A stretch of 51,866 bases of DNA from Pseudohongiellaceae bacterium. GTDB taxonomy: Bacteria; Pseudomonadota; Gammaproteobacteria; Pseudomonadales; Pseudohongiellaceae. The DNA lies in assembly GCA_044338875.1 (NCBI GenBank), contig JBIIWM010000001.1, positions 1-51,866 of the forward strand, written 5' to 3'. The position numbers were made by a program, and so were the translations under genes. The notes below the pieces were generated by a model, which saw only the letters and a list, made by a program, of their open reading frames with translations, made no database searches and was not told the origin of the DNA. Of the stretch, positions 19,719 to 30,373 are shown in pieces (positions within the stretch are counted from its first letter, which is position 1; each line of letters starts with the position of its first letter).

Positions 19719-20012
19719 ATGCAATTTGTTGTAACCGCCATGGATTACACCGACCCGGACGCCTTGCAAAGGCGTTTGGCCAATCGTGAAGCGCATATTG
19801 CCGGAGCAAGAAAGCTGATCAAGGAAGGTCGCTTTATCAGCGGCGGCGCTATCCTGGATGCTGCCGGCCGCATGGCAGGGTCTACGCTGCACCTTGATTT
19901 CCCTGACCTGGAGAGCCTGCGCCAACTGTTGGAGCAGGATCCCTATGTCAGCGGCAAGGTGTGGGAACACATCGACATCAAGCAGGCAAAACTGTTGCCG
20001 CTGGATATCTGA
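19719..20012 (+). CDS. YciI-like (YCII-related) small protein
   Basis: 97 aa; MQFVVTAMDYTD...REAHIAGARKL...GGAILD... is a typical YCII domain. Confidence 0.85.
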   Translation: MQFVVTAMDYTDPDALQRRLANREAHIAGARKLIKEGRFISGGAILDAAGRMAGSTLHLDFPDLESLRQLLEQDPYVSGKVWEHIDIKQAKLLPLDI

Positions 20013-20041
20013 CTACAAGCCCGGCGCTTTGTCGGGTTGGT

Positions 20042-20338
20042 TTATTTACCGTGCTCCTTGTTACCGAGCTCTGCATATTTTTGCTGCTGCTCGCCAGAGG
20101 CTTCCTTCTGATAGAGGTCTTTCCACTCGGCATAAGGCCTGCCATAAACGCGCTCACGCGCCTCTTCATAGGAGATGGTTTCCCCGCGCTCTGCCGCTGC
20201 AGTCACATACCACTTGGACAAACAGTTGCGGCAGAATCCTGCGAGATTCATCAGATCGATATTCTGGACATCAGTCCGCTTATCCAGATGTTCCAGCAGG
20301 CGACGAAATACGGCGGCTTCAATTTCTGTTTTGGACAT
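20042..20338 (-). CDS. DUF1244 family protein
   Basis: 98 aa; EAAVFRRLLEHLDKRTDVQNIDLMNLAGFCRNCLSKWY is the characteristic DUF1244 core. Confidence 0.8.
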   Translation of the reverse strand: MSKTEIEAAVFRRLLEHLDKRTDVQNIDLMNLAGFCRNCLSKWYVTAAAERGETISYEEARERVYGRPYAEWKDLYQKEASGEQQQKYAELGNKEHGK

Positions 20339-20390
20339 GGAATAACTCCTGCAAGATGAAATGTTGATTAGCGTCCCTACCTGGCAAAAC

Positions 20391-20741
20391 TCAGGCTCCC
20401 GCTTTTTTTACCTTATACCCTTGTTCCTGCAACCACAGCAGCAAACGATCCCGATGCTCCCCCTGGATTTCAATGACTCCGTCCTTCAAGGTGCCACCAG
20501 TACCGCACAACTGCTTCAGTTTGCTTGCTACTTGCTTCAGATCATCTTCCGGCAAAGCCAGGCCAGTGACCAACGTGACGCCCTTGCCCTTTCTGCCCTT
20601 GGTTTCCCGACTGACGCGCACAATGCCGTCGCCCTTGGCAGGAGCTGCCGCTTTTTTGCACTGACAGGCTGCGATCGGATGTTTGCATTCCGGGCACAGC
20701 CTGCCTTTGTCGGTTGAAAAAACGGGTCTGGAATTGCTCAT
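20391..20741 (-). CDS. yciH: Translation initiation factor SUI1-related protein YciH
   Basis: 116 aa from the ATG for MSNSRPVFSTD. It has an N-terminal C-x2-C...C-x-C segment and the SUI1 core (GKGVTLVTGL...LKQLCGTGGTLKDGVIEIQG). Confidence 0.85.
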   Translation of the reverse strand: MSNSRPVFSTDKGRLCPECKHPIAACQCKKAAAPAKGDGIVRVSRETKGRKGKGVTLVTGLALPEDDLKQVASKLKQLCGTGGTLKDGVIEIQGEHRDRLLLWLQEQGYKVKKAGA

Positions 20742-20953
20742 GGTTGCCGCTGTATTGATAAGGTGTGAAGGCATTATCCCGCATCATTGGCAGGTGACAA
20801 GCACGCCCGGTCAAAGGCAGGTGGGCAGTGCCAAGCCTGCGAATTGCACTCAAATTTTCCTGTATACTGCGCCCCCAAAGCCAGAGCGGCACTCCCTGCA
20901 AGGCGATCAGGAATTACGAACCAGCGTTTTCCCACGCTGGGCAGGACAATAAA

Positions 20954-22237
20954 ATGAAACAGTTGTTCACTTTTGTCTTTTGGCCAGCCTTGGCAGGCTT
21001 GGTCTTTGCCTTCGTATTGTTACAAGCACCCAGGCTCGGCACGTTCATACCGGCACTCGTACCCGCTGAAACTGAGGCTCCTCTGGCTCAGGCCAACCCG
21101 GATTTCAGCAGCCTCTCATTCAACAGTGCCGTCAAGAAAGCCAGTCCTGCAGTGGTCAGCATCAACAACCTGCAACAGGTCAATCGCAAAATCAGGATTC
21201 AGCTGACACCGAACATTACGGGCCTGCGCAATTTGCCCGACCAGAACAACACACTCGGCTCTGGCGTCATCATTAGCCCTGAGGGGTACATCGTTACCAG
21301 CTACCATGTGATGTTCAATCCTGACCTGGAAATCATTCGACCGGAACAGGACATCACCGTTACGTTGAATGACGGCAGAAACATTGAAGCCAGCCTGGTT
21401 TATCTGGATGCCAAAACCGATTTGGCCTTGCTGAAAATCGCTGCAGACAACCTCACCCATCTGCAACTGCCGGAAAACAAGCAACCGCAAACTGGCGATA
21501 TCGTGCTGGCAATCGGCAATCCCAGAAATATTGGCCAGTCTGCTTCGTTGGGAATTATCAGTGCGCTGTGGCGCCGTGATGACAGCTACGTAATCCAGAC
21601 TGACGCTGCCATCAACCCCGGCAATTCGGGCGGCGCACTCATCGATATCAATGGCAATTTCATCGGGATCAACTCGACGATCGTGTCGGAGTCGGGCGGT
21701 TCCGAGGGCATCAGTTTTGCGGTGCCCGCGAGCAAAGCCATGGATCTACTGAAGCAGTACAGGGATCTGGCCGCGCGCTCAATGGAACCCGGTTATCTGG
21801 GCGTCAACGCAGACGGTATCTCTCTCGAGCAAGGATTGCAGGAGTACGGCAAAAACATCCAGGGCTTTCTGGTCCAGAGTGTTTCCGCGAACAGTGCCGC
21901 CGACATGGCCGGAGTTCTGGCTGGTGATGTGATCACAGCGGTTAACGACCAGAAACTGGAGATACAGGAGACAACCGACAAGGAAGCGGCCTACAAAACC
22001 ATTTCCGTTATCAGCGGACAGAAACCGGGAACGCTCATCATGCTCGAGATTTTCCGTGATGGCAGAAGCACACGCTTCCCGGTCATCCTGGGCTATGGCA
22101 AACCCAGGGTCACCGATCCGAGAGAGGAAGTTGGTCAGCCGCTGGATGCTGTCAGGGATGAATTAAATCTGCCGGATCCAGGACTTGTTGCGCCGGCGCC
22201 GACCGACATAGCGCCGGAGCCTGCCAATATCCACTAG
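20954..22237 (+). CDS. S1C (HtrA-family) periplasmic serine endoprotease, AlgW/DegS-like
   Basis: 427 aa from the ATG for MKQLF. It has an N-terminal TM anchor, a trypsin-like domain (GNSGGAL) and one PDZ domain. It sits in the position of algW/degS. Confidence 0.85.
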   Translation: MKQLFTFVFWPALAGLVFAFVLLQAPRLGTFIPALVPAETEAPLAQANPDFSSLSFNSAVKKASPAVVSINNLQQVNRKIRIQLTPNITGLRNLPDQNNTLGSGVIISPEGYIVTSYHVMFNPDLEIIRPEQDITVTLNDGRNIEASLVYLDAKTDLALLKIAADNLTHLQLPENKQPQTGDIVLAIGNPRNIGQSASLGIISALWRRDDSYVIQTDAAINPGNSGGALIDINGNFIGINSTIVSESGGSEGISFAVPASKAMDLLKQYRDLAARSMEPGYLGVNADGISLEQGLQEYGKNIQGFLVQSVSANSAADMAGVLAGDVITAVNDQKLEIQETTDKEAAYKTISVISGQKPGTLIMLEIFRDGRSTRFPVILGYGKPRVTDPREEVGQPLDAVRDELNLPDPGLVAPAPTDIAPEPANIH

Positions 22238-22239
22238 GG

Positions 22240-23550
22240 TTATTTCCAGTCAGGGTCACGCATTTCCGCAGAACGCGCATGTGCAGTCAGGCCCTCAGAG
22301 CGCGCCAGTATCGAGGTTGTGCCAGCGAGCGCCTTGGCGGCCGCAGCAGAGCAATTGATAATCGAAGACCGTTTCTGGAAATCATAAACCCCAAGCGCCG
22401 AGGAAAACCGCGCAGTGCCTGATGTTGGCAGCACGTGACTTGGACCCGCACAATAATCACCCAGCGCTTCTGATGTATACCTTCCCATGAAAATGGCGCC
22501 AGCATGACGGATTAGCGGCAGCAAGGTTTCCGGATTTGCGACTGACAACTCCAGGTGTTCCGGCGCAACAAGATTGCAAACTTCGGTTGCTTCCTGCAGA
22601 TCTTTCACTTCAATCAGCAGCGCCCGTTTGGACAACGCAATCTCAATGATGTGTTTGCGTTCCATGCCAGGCAACAAGCGGTTGATACTGGCTTCGACCT
22701 TGCTGATGAATGCGGCATCCGGGCACACCAGAATGGACTGCGCATCTTCGTCATGTTCGGCCTGTGAGAACAGGTCCATGGCGATCCAGTCAGGATCAGT
22801 GTGGCCATCGCAAATCACGAGAATTTCGGAAGGCCCAGCCACCATGTCGATACCCACCTGCCCGAATACTGCACGCTTGGCCGTAGCCACATAGATATTG
22901 CCAGGGCCGACGATCTTGTCGACGCCAGGAATAGTTTCAGTGCCATAAGCCAGTGCAGCAATTGCCTGCGCCCCCCCCACAGTGATGACCTTGTCTACTT
23001 CAGCGAGAGCCAAGGCCGCCAGAACCAACTCATTCACAATGCCGTCAGGTGTTGGCAGCGTGGCGATGATTTCACGCACACCAGCAACGCGCGCGGGAAT
23101 TGCATCCATCAACACGGTAGAAGGATAGGTCGCCTTGCCGCCGGGCACATACATGCCGACACGATCTATTGAAGTAATCTGTTGCCCGTAGACAGAACCG
23201 TCTGCGTCAGTGTACTGCCAGGATTCCTGGCGCTGTCTCTCGTGATACACCCGGATACGCTCAGCGGCTTTGCGCAGCGCAGTCGCCTGTTCTTGCGGCA
23301 GTTGCTGCAGGGCTTTGTGCAAACGCTCAGCTGGAATCACCAACTCGGATAGTTGCTTCACATCCAGCCGGTCAAAGGTATTGGTCCAATGCAATACAGC
23401 CGCATCGCCACGCGCTCTTACATCATCGATGATTAGCTGCACACGCTCATTGACGCTGGAATCAGACAACGCGTCCCACGCCAGGGCAGCCTTGAGCTGC
23501 TGGCGAAAATTCGCAGTGGAAGCCTGCAGTTTTCTGATGGTTACGGTCAT
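22240..23550 (-). CDS. hisD: Histidinol dehydrogenase
   Basis: 436 aa full-length HisD ([23 protein letters not shown]). Confidence 0.95.
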   Translation of the reverse strand: MTVTIRKLQASTANFRQQLKAALAWDALSDSSVNERVQLIIDDVRARGDAAVLHWTNTFDRLDVKQLSELVIPAERLHKALQQLPQEQATALRKAAERIRVYHERQRQESWQYTDADGSVYGQQITSIDRVGMYVPGGKATYPSTVLMDAIPARVAGVREIIATLPTPDGIVNELVLAALALAEVDKVITVGGAQAIAALAYGTETIPGVDKIVGPGNIYVATAKRAVFGQVGIDMVAGPSEILVICDGHTDPDWIAMDLFSQAEHDEDAQSILVCPDAAFISKVEASINRLLPGMERKHIIEIALSKRALLIEVKDLQEATEVCNLVAPEHLELSVANPETLLPLIRHAGAIFMGRYTSEALGDYCAGPSHVLPTSGTARFSSALGVYDFQKRSSIINCSAAAAKALAGTTSILARSEGLTAHARSAEMRDPDWK

Positions 23551-23616
23551 GATTCAGTAGTCCTGGCAACTGGTGTTTTGGACCGGCTTTTGAACCGATC
23601 TTTTCAGCCGGCTTTT

Positions 23617-24249
23617 TCAGCCAAGTGCCTGCTGCAACTTCTGCAACAGTTGTTGCACCTTGTCGTGCTTGATTTTCATGGAAGCCCGATTGACGATAAC
23701 GCGGGTGCTGACTTCGGCGATTACATCCAATGGTTCCAGTCCGTTGGCACGCAAGGTATTGCCGGTGTCGACAATATCCACAATGCAATCTGCCAAGCCC
23801 ATCAAGGGAGCAAGCTCCAGCGCACCATTGAGCTTGATGATGTCGACCTGTCGGCCTTGCTCGGAAAAATAATTCTTGGCGATATTGACGAATTTGCTGG
23901 CAACCCGCAGTCGCGGTGAATCCAGTTTCGCCCCGATGGGAGCAGCCGTCATCATGCGACAATTGGCAATCCTGAGATCCAGCGGTTCATAGAAACCGCG
24001 TGAACCGTATTCAAGGATCATGTCCTTGCCTGCGATGCCGATGTCCGCACTGCCAAGCTCAACATACGTAGGCACGTCAGATCCGCGAATAACCATCAAC
24101 TGCACATCAGGTACGGAGCAATCGAAAATCAGTTTGCGGCTTTTGCTTATATCTTCCGCAGGAATGATCCCGGCTTTTTCCAGCAAGGGTAATACTTCAT
24201 CCAGGATGCGCCCTTTGGTTAGCGCAATTACCAGTTTCTGATCTGACAT
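23617..24249 (-). CDS. hisG: ATP phosphoribosyltransferase, short form
   Basis: 210 aa; ALTKGRIL..., [24 protein letters not shown]. The short length implies a HisZ-dependent type. Confidence 0.93.
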   Translation of the reverse strand: MSDQKLVIALTKGRILDEVLPLLEKAGIIPAEDISKSRKLIFDCSVPDVQLMVIRGSDVPTYVELGSADIGIAGKDMILEYGSRGFYEPLDLRIANCRMMTAAPIGAKLDSPRLRVASKFVNIAKNYFSEQGRQVDIIKLNGALELAPLMGLADCIVDIVDTGNTLRANGLEPLDVIAEVSTRVIVNRASMKIKHDKVQQLLQKLQQALG

Positions 24250-24257
24250 GATCTTTC

Positions 24258-25547
<1,290 letters not shown>

Positions 25548-25620
25548 TTATGCGCTGCGTTGGGTGCTGGATAACCGGCGTGTTTTTGGCCTGGATCCGG
25601 CCTGCTGTATTCCGATCGAC

Positions 25621-25854
25621 TTATACTTCGGCCGGGGTTTTCAGGATCATATTGACTGCGTGGATGGCACCGCTGCTGATATGGTCGTTCAAAATCTTGT
25701 AGATGGCCTGCTGCCGCTTGACGCGGTTAAGCCCCGCGAACACGTCAGAAACGATTTCGACCTGATATTTGCCATCTCCACCCAGTACGGTGATAGCTGA
25801 TTCGGGCAGGGCCGCTTCCAGCAAGCGACTTATTTCGGATGTTGTCATTGCCAT
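25621..25854 (-). CDS. ibaG: BolA-family protein IbaG/YrbA
   Basis: 77 aa; GDG.YQVEIVSDVFAGLNRVKRQQAIYKIL...IHAV. It lies immediately upstream of murA, as in E. coli and Pseudomonas. Confidence 0.85.
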   Translation of the reverse strand: MAMTTSEISRLLEAALPESAITVLGGDGKYQVEIVSDVFAGLNRVKRQQAIYKILNDHISSGAIHAVNMILKTPAEV

Positions 25855-25873
25855 GATATGTCACCTTCCTGCG

Positions 25874-26500
25874 TTATTGCTGAGTGACCATCCAATTGGC
25901 AATCACCTTGTCTATGTCGTAGTTGTTGCTCATCATCAGGCTGTCGAACTGTGCGTAGTATTGCCTGCGCAGATTGACGCCTTCGACGTAGAGATTTTTC
26001 AATTTCCAGACCCTGTCTGCATTGAGGAACATGGTGTACTGGATTTCGATGCGGCTGCCGTCATCGGCCTTGATGCTCATGCGCACATTGGTGGAGTTCT
26101 CAGGCTCTGCCGGCGGCTCTGTCATCGGCAGGATTTCATAATCCACTCCGCCATAGGAGACCAGGGCACTGCCATAAAAATCGATCAACGAGGCCTGGAA
26201 GACGTCGGAAAACCGCTGCAGCTGCTCCTCGGTTGCACCATTGGGTCCAGTGCCATATTTGGCCATTACCCCGCGAGCTACTTCCCTGAAATCCACGAAT
26301 TCCACTAATTGCTCGCCCACCTTGTTGAAATAGGCTGCACGATCCGTCTCGTACAGGGGCTTAATGGTTTCCATCGCTTCCAGCAGACCGCGCACATATC
26401 CGTCCACGGCCGCCTCTGCGCTCATTTCAGCCGCATTAACCTGCAAAATACCCAACGCCAGGGTGCAGGCCAGCAGTGCTCGTCTGCTCATACGCATCAT
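25874..26500 (-). CDS. mlaC: Periplasmic phospholipid-binding protein MlaC (Ttg2D family)
   Basis: 208 aa with a signal peptide and an MlaC/Ttg2D-type fold signature (FVDFREVARGVM..., WKLKNLYVEGVNLRRQYYAQF). Confidence 0.85.
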   Translation of the reverse strand: MMRMSRRALLACTLALGILQVNAAEMSAEAAVDGYVRGLLEAMETIKPLYETDRAAYFNKVGEQLVEFVDFREVARGVMAKYGTGPNGATEEQLQRFSDVFQASLIDFYGSALVSYGGVDYEILPMTEPPAEPENSTNVRMSIKADDGSRIEIQYTMFLNADRVWKLKNLYVEGVNLRRQYYAQFDSLMMSNNYDIDKVIANWMVTQQ

Positions 26501-26656
26501 TGTTTCATCTCCAGGGAGGTTCGGGATTTTGCCGTAACCTAAAAACGCGATGATTTTACCTCAAAGCAGGGTTGGCCCCAAGCTTGAGCTGCAATTTCTT
26601 CTGCCGAACACGTCAACTTGCAAAGCTACCCAAAGCTCTTTCTAATTGGCATCATC

Positions 26657-26705
26657 CTCCGAAGTGTCCAGATAGATACTCCGAAGTGTCCAGATAGATA
26701 CTCCG
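26657..26705. repeat. Perfect 22-bp tandem duplication (CTCCGAAGTGTCCAGATAGATA x2 plus 5 nt of a third copy)
   Basis: Read directly: 26657-26678 is identical to 26679-26700, and 26701-26705 repeats the first 5 nt. Confidence 0.9.
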
Positions 26706-26739
26706 GCGCGCCTGAGCAGCAGCTGAACAGGCGCGCCGG
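26703..26739. other. Strong GC-rich hairpin (12-bp stem CCGGCGCGCCTG / CAGGCGCGCCGG, 13-nt loop) in the mlaC-kdsD divergent spacer
   Basis: Perfect inverted repeat, followed on the plus strand by a T-rich stretch (GAATTGTTTTCATCATTTTT). No gene lies upstream for it to terminate. Confidence 0.6.
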
Positions 26740-26804
26740 GAATTGTTTTCATCATTTTTCATTTGGCATACACTGCCTCGCCAATCGCATAACAGACCTG
26801 AATT

Positions 26805-27776
26805 ATGTCCGCAGAATCCCTGATCCAGTCAGCATTGACCACTCTTGCCCTGCAAGTTGAATCAGTTGCAGCGCTGGCAACCCGCATCAATGCTGATTTT
26901 GCCGGAGCCTGCCAACTCATTCTTGCAAGCAAAGGCCGCGTAGTGGTCATGGGCATGGGCAAATCGGGCCATATCGGCAACAAGATTGCCGCCACCCTGG
27001 CCAGCACAGGCACCCCTGCCTACTTCGTCCATCCTGCCGAAGCCAGTCACGGCGACATAGGCATGGTCACCTCGGAGGACGTGGTGTTGGCGCTATCCAA
27101 TTCTGGCACTACACCGGAGGTGTTGGCCCTGCTCCCCATCCTGAAGCGCAAAGGCGTCAAATTAATCGCGCTTACCGGAAATCCGGCATCCGAGCTTGCG
27201 CGTACCGCCGACTTCAACCTGGATGCAAGTGTCGCCAGGGAAGCCTGCCCTCTCGGCCTGGCTCCTACAACCAGCACGACTGCTGCCCTGGTGATGGGAG
27301 ACGCCTTGGCCATGGCACTGCTCGAGGCGCGCGGCTTTACTGCCGATGATTTCGCATTTTCCCACCCGGGCGGCAACTTGGGCAGAAGGCTGCTATTAAA
27401 GGTCGTGGACATCATTCACAAAGGCGCAGACGTGCCACGTGTAGATGCCAATGACCCCATCAGCAAAGCACTGCTGGAAGTGACAGCCAAAAAACTCGGG
27501 ATGACCACTGTCGTTGATGCTGCCGGCGAAATCATAGGCGTATTTACCGATGGAGATCTGCGCCGCGTACTTGAGAAAGGCCTGGATTTGAACAAGACGA
27601 AAGTTGCCGAGGTCATGACAAGGCCCTACAAGTCCATTCGCGATTCTGCACTTGCCTCGGAAGCTGCGCGGGTAATGCAGGACAACACGATCTACAGTCT
27701 GGTTGCGGTGACCCCTGAAGGACATTTGTCCGGTATCGTCACCATGCACGACCTCTTGCGCGCCAATGTGGTTTGA
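26805..27776 (+). CDS. kdsD: Arabinose-5-phosphate isomerase (SIS + tandem CBS)
   Basis: 323 aa; GMGKSGHIG, then two CBS domains, followed by kdsC. Confidence 0.93.
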   Translation: MSAESLIQSALTTLALQVESVAALATRINADFAGACQLILASKGRVVVMGMGKSGHIGNKIAATLASTGTPAYFVHPAEASHGDIGMVTSEDVVLALSNSGTTPEVLALLPILKRKGVKLIALTGNPASELARTADFNLDASVAREACPLGLAPTTSTTAALVMGDALAMALLEARGFTADDFAFSHPGGNLGRRLLLKVVDIIHKGADVPRVDANDPISKALLEVTAKKLGMTTVVDAAGEIIGVFTDGDLRRVLEKGLDLNKTKVAEVMTRPYKSIRDSALASEAARVMQDNTIYSLVAVTPEGHLSGIVTMHDLLRANVV

Positions 27777-28345
27777 TGAAAACACCCGAAGCTGACAGAC
27801 CCAAGATGCCAACATTCAATTCCCTCCACGACATCCTTACAAGAGCGCGCAAAGTGAAACTGCTGGCGCTTGATGTTGATGGCGTACTCACCGACGGCCA
27901 ACTCTATTTCAACAACAGCGGCGAGGAAATGAAGAGTTTCTGCACCCTGGATGGCCAAGGCATCAAACTGCTGCAAAGCTCCGGCGTTGCGGTCGCCATG
28001 ATTACTGCACGTTCATCGCAACTGGTGGCAAACCGTGCAACGAATCTTGGGGTGCAGTATCTGGTGCAGAACTGCCATAACAAGCTCACTGCCCTGGAAC
28101 AGTTGGCAGCCGAGTTGAAACTCGAATTGTCCGAAGTCGCCTACATTGGCGATGACTTGCCGGACCTTGCCTGTATTCGCCGTGTCGGTCTTGGCATTAC
28201 CGTGCCAAACGGGCACAGGACCATCAAGGAACATGCCTTCTGTACTACGTCAGCAGTTGGCGGCCACGGGGCAGTGCGCGAAGTTTGCGACTGGATAATG
28301 CAAGCACAAAGCACGTTTGAAGACGCCATCGCAGGTTTTTTCTGA
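27773..28345 (+). CDS. kdsC: 3-deoxy-D-manno-octulosonate 8-phosphate phosphatase
   Basis: 190 aa HAD-type protein (LALDVDGVLTDG, GDDLPD). It has an ATGA start/stop overlap with kdsD. Confidence 0.9.
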   Translation: MMKTPEADRPKMPTFNSLHDILTRARKVKLLALDVDGVLTDGQLYFNNSGEEMKSFCTLDGQGIKLLQSSGVAVAMITARSSQLVANRATNLGVQYLVQNCHNKLTALEQLAAELKLELSEVAYIGDDLPDLACIRRVGLGITVPNGHRTIKEHAFCTTSAVGGHGAVREVCDWIMQAQSTFEDAIAGFF

Positions 28346-28351
28346 CACCAG

Positions 28352-28924
28352 ATGAACAATCGACTGCTTCTCACTGCTGCAATCCTGCTCGCCTTCATTC
28401 TTTTTGGCCTGATTGGCACGCGCGAGGAAACCCCCACTGACACCAAGGAAGATTCACCTTCGCCGCTGGAAGCAGATTATGATTACTACATGAGCGGCAT
28501 GGTACTTGATCGCTTCACACCAAATGGAAAGCGCAGCTACCGGATTACCTCGGATCAAGTTACCCATTATCCGACTGGTGACAACTCCATCCTCGACAAG
28601 CCTGCCATTATCTGGCTTGAGGCAGAACGCTCGCCCTGGTTACTGACTGCTCGCGGCGGAGCGCTAAGTCCCGATCCGCTCACATCAGAAGACCGTCTGG
28701 TTCTCAAGGATCAAGTGATTGCAGAAAGCAAAACTGCTACTGGCAAGGCATTGACCATCACCACCGAAAGCCTCAACGTAATGCCTGCCAGCAAGGTAAT
28801 CAGCACCGAAGCGCCCGTTGTCATCGACAGCAATGGTACTCACTTGAGCAGCAAGGGCTTGCAGGCGGATCTCGAACAGGATCACATCAATTTGTTGAAT
28901 GGAGTGAGTGGACATCATGAGTAG
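28352..28924 (+). CDS. lptC: LPS export system protein LptC
   Basis: 190 aa with an N-terminal TM anchor, in the position between kdsC and lptA. Confidence 0.85.
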   Translation: MNNRLLLTAAILLAFILFGLIGTREETPTDTKEDSPSPLEADYDYYMSGMVLDRFTPNGKRSYRITSDQVTHYPTGDNSILDKPAIIWLEAERSPWLLTARGGALSPDPLTSEDRLVLKDQVIAESKTATGKALTITTESLNVMPASKVISTEAPVVIDSNGTHLSSKGLQADLEQDHINLLNGVSGHHE

Positions 28925-29453
28925 ACATCCTGAAATGCAGCCAATTGTCCGCAATTTGATTGCCGGACTTGCACTGTTCCTTCCGCTCGCAGCACCTGTC
29001 GTTATGGCACTTCCGGATGATGCCGGGCAACCCATGGAAATAGCAGCCAGTTCCAGCGAACTCTTTCTCGACCAGGGGCTCGTCGTGTATTACGGCACAG
29101 AGGAACAACCGGCAAGCATCACCCAAGGCAGCATGCAGATTACCGGGGTCGAAATCAGTATTGAGCGCAAGGACGAGGTGCTGAGCAAGGTAATTGCAAA
29201 AGGTGCACCTGCCCGCTTCCAGCAACAACTGGAAGTTGGCCAGGAACCACTTCAGGCCAGTGGCCTGACGCTGACCTTTGACAACACCGGGCAAACCTTG
29301 TCGATAGATGTAGAGGCCGAATTGCTGCAGGCAGGAACCAGAACCACGGGGCATCATTTTGACTATGACCTGCAATCACGCCGCGTAAAAGCAACGCAGG
29401 AGCCGGGGGGCGAGCAAATTCGCATGGTCATTCCGCCTTCTGTCAAACAGTGA
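28917..29453 (+). CDS. lptA: LPS transport periplasmic protein LptA (OstA N-terminal domain)
   Basis: 178 aa from the ATG at 28917 (the ORF track starts at GTG 28908). It has a signal peptide ...VVMALPDD, and its position is conserved. Confidence 0.85.
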   Translation: MSRHPEMQPIVRNLIAGLALFLPLAAPVVMALPDDAGQPMEIAASSSELFLDQGLVVYYGTEEQPASITQGSMQITGVEISIERKDEVLSKVIAKGAPARFQQQLEVGQEPLQASGLTLTFDNTGQTLSIDVEAELLQAGTRTTGHHFDYDLQSRRVKATQEPGGEQIRMVIPPSVKQ

Positions 29454-29460
29454 GCCTTGC

Positions 29461-30186
29461 ATGCACATTCTGAAGGCCAGCAATCTCGCCAAAAGCTATA
29501 AAGGGCGCCAGGTTGTCCACGATACCACCCTGGAGGTGCGCAGCGGCCAAATCGTTGGTCTGTTGGGACCCAACGGCGCTGGCAAGACCACGTCTTTTTA
29601 CATGATCATTGGACTGGTGAAGGCTGATGCCGGCCAGGTCCTGCTTGATACAGAAGACCTGAGCAAAGCACCGATGTCTGAACGCGCACGCAAAGGCCTC
29701 GGTTACCTGCCCCAGGAAGCCTCCATCTTTCGCAAACTCACGGTCGCCGACAACATCATGGCAATTCTGGAAACCAGGCCAGAGCTGAATGCCGCCAAGC
29801 GCGCAGAGCTACTGGAGTCCTTGCTGAAAGAATTCTCCATCGGACATATCCGCAACAGCCTTGGCATGAGCCTGTCGGGCGGTGAGAGGCGACGGGTGGA
29901 AATTGCCAGGGCACTGGCCACGGAACCCAGGTTCATCCTGCTGGACGAGCCCTTTGCCGGCGTCGACCCCATCTCTGTCAATGAAATAAAAAACATCATC
30001 AAAGGCCTCAGTGCCCGCGGCATAGGTATACTCATCACTGACCATAATGTCAGGGAAACCCTGGATATTTGCGAAAAAGCCTACATTTTCAATGCGGGTA
30101 GCGTATTGGCCCAAGGCAGCACTGAAGAAATACTGCAAAACCCGCAGGTTCGGGAAGTGTATCTGGGCCATCAGTTCCGGATGTAA
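29461..30186 (+). CDS. lptB: LPS export ABC transporter ATP-binding protein LptB
   Basis: 241 aa with Walker [10 protein letters not shown], signature LSGGERRR and Walker B ILLDEP. Confidence 0.95.
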   Translation: MHILKASNLAKSYKGRQVVHDTTLEVRSGQIVGLLGPNGAGKTTSFYMIIGLVKADAGQVLLDTEDLSKAPMSERARKGLGYLPQEASIFRKLTVADNIMAILETRPELNAAKRAELLESLLKEFSIGHIRNSLGMSLSGGERRRVEIARALATEPRFILLDEPFAGVDPISVNEIKNIIKGLSARGIGILITDHNVRETLDICEKAYIFNAGSVLAQGSTEEILQNPQVREVYLGHQFRM

Positions 30187-30373
30187 TTCACCGCGTCTCT
30201 GTCCCAGCGGCATGCATTTTGCTACCATCCCTCACCGATTCGGTACCCCTTGTTAAGGCAATCACGCCAGCCAGGGACAATAATTCATCACAATCCAGCA
30301 TGATCCGCATTACCATTTATGACAATGCGCCGGAAATGCGTCGAAGGTGCAGTAAAAGCGCGATGAAATTGCC

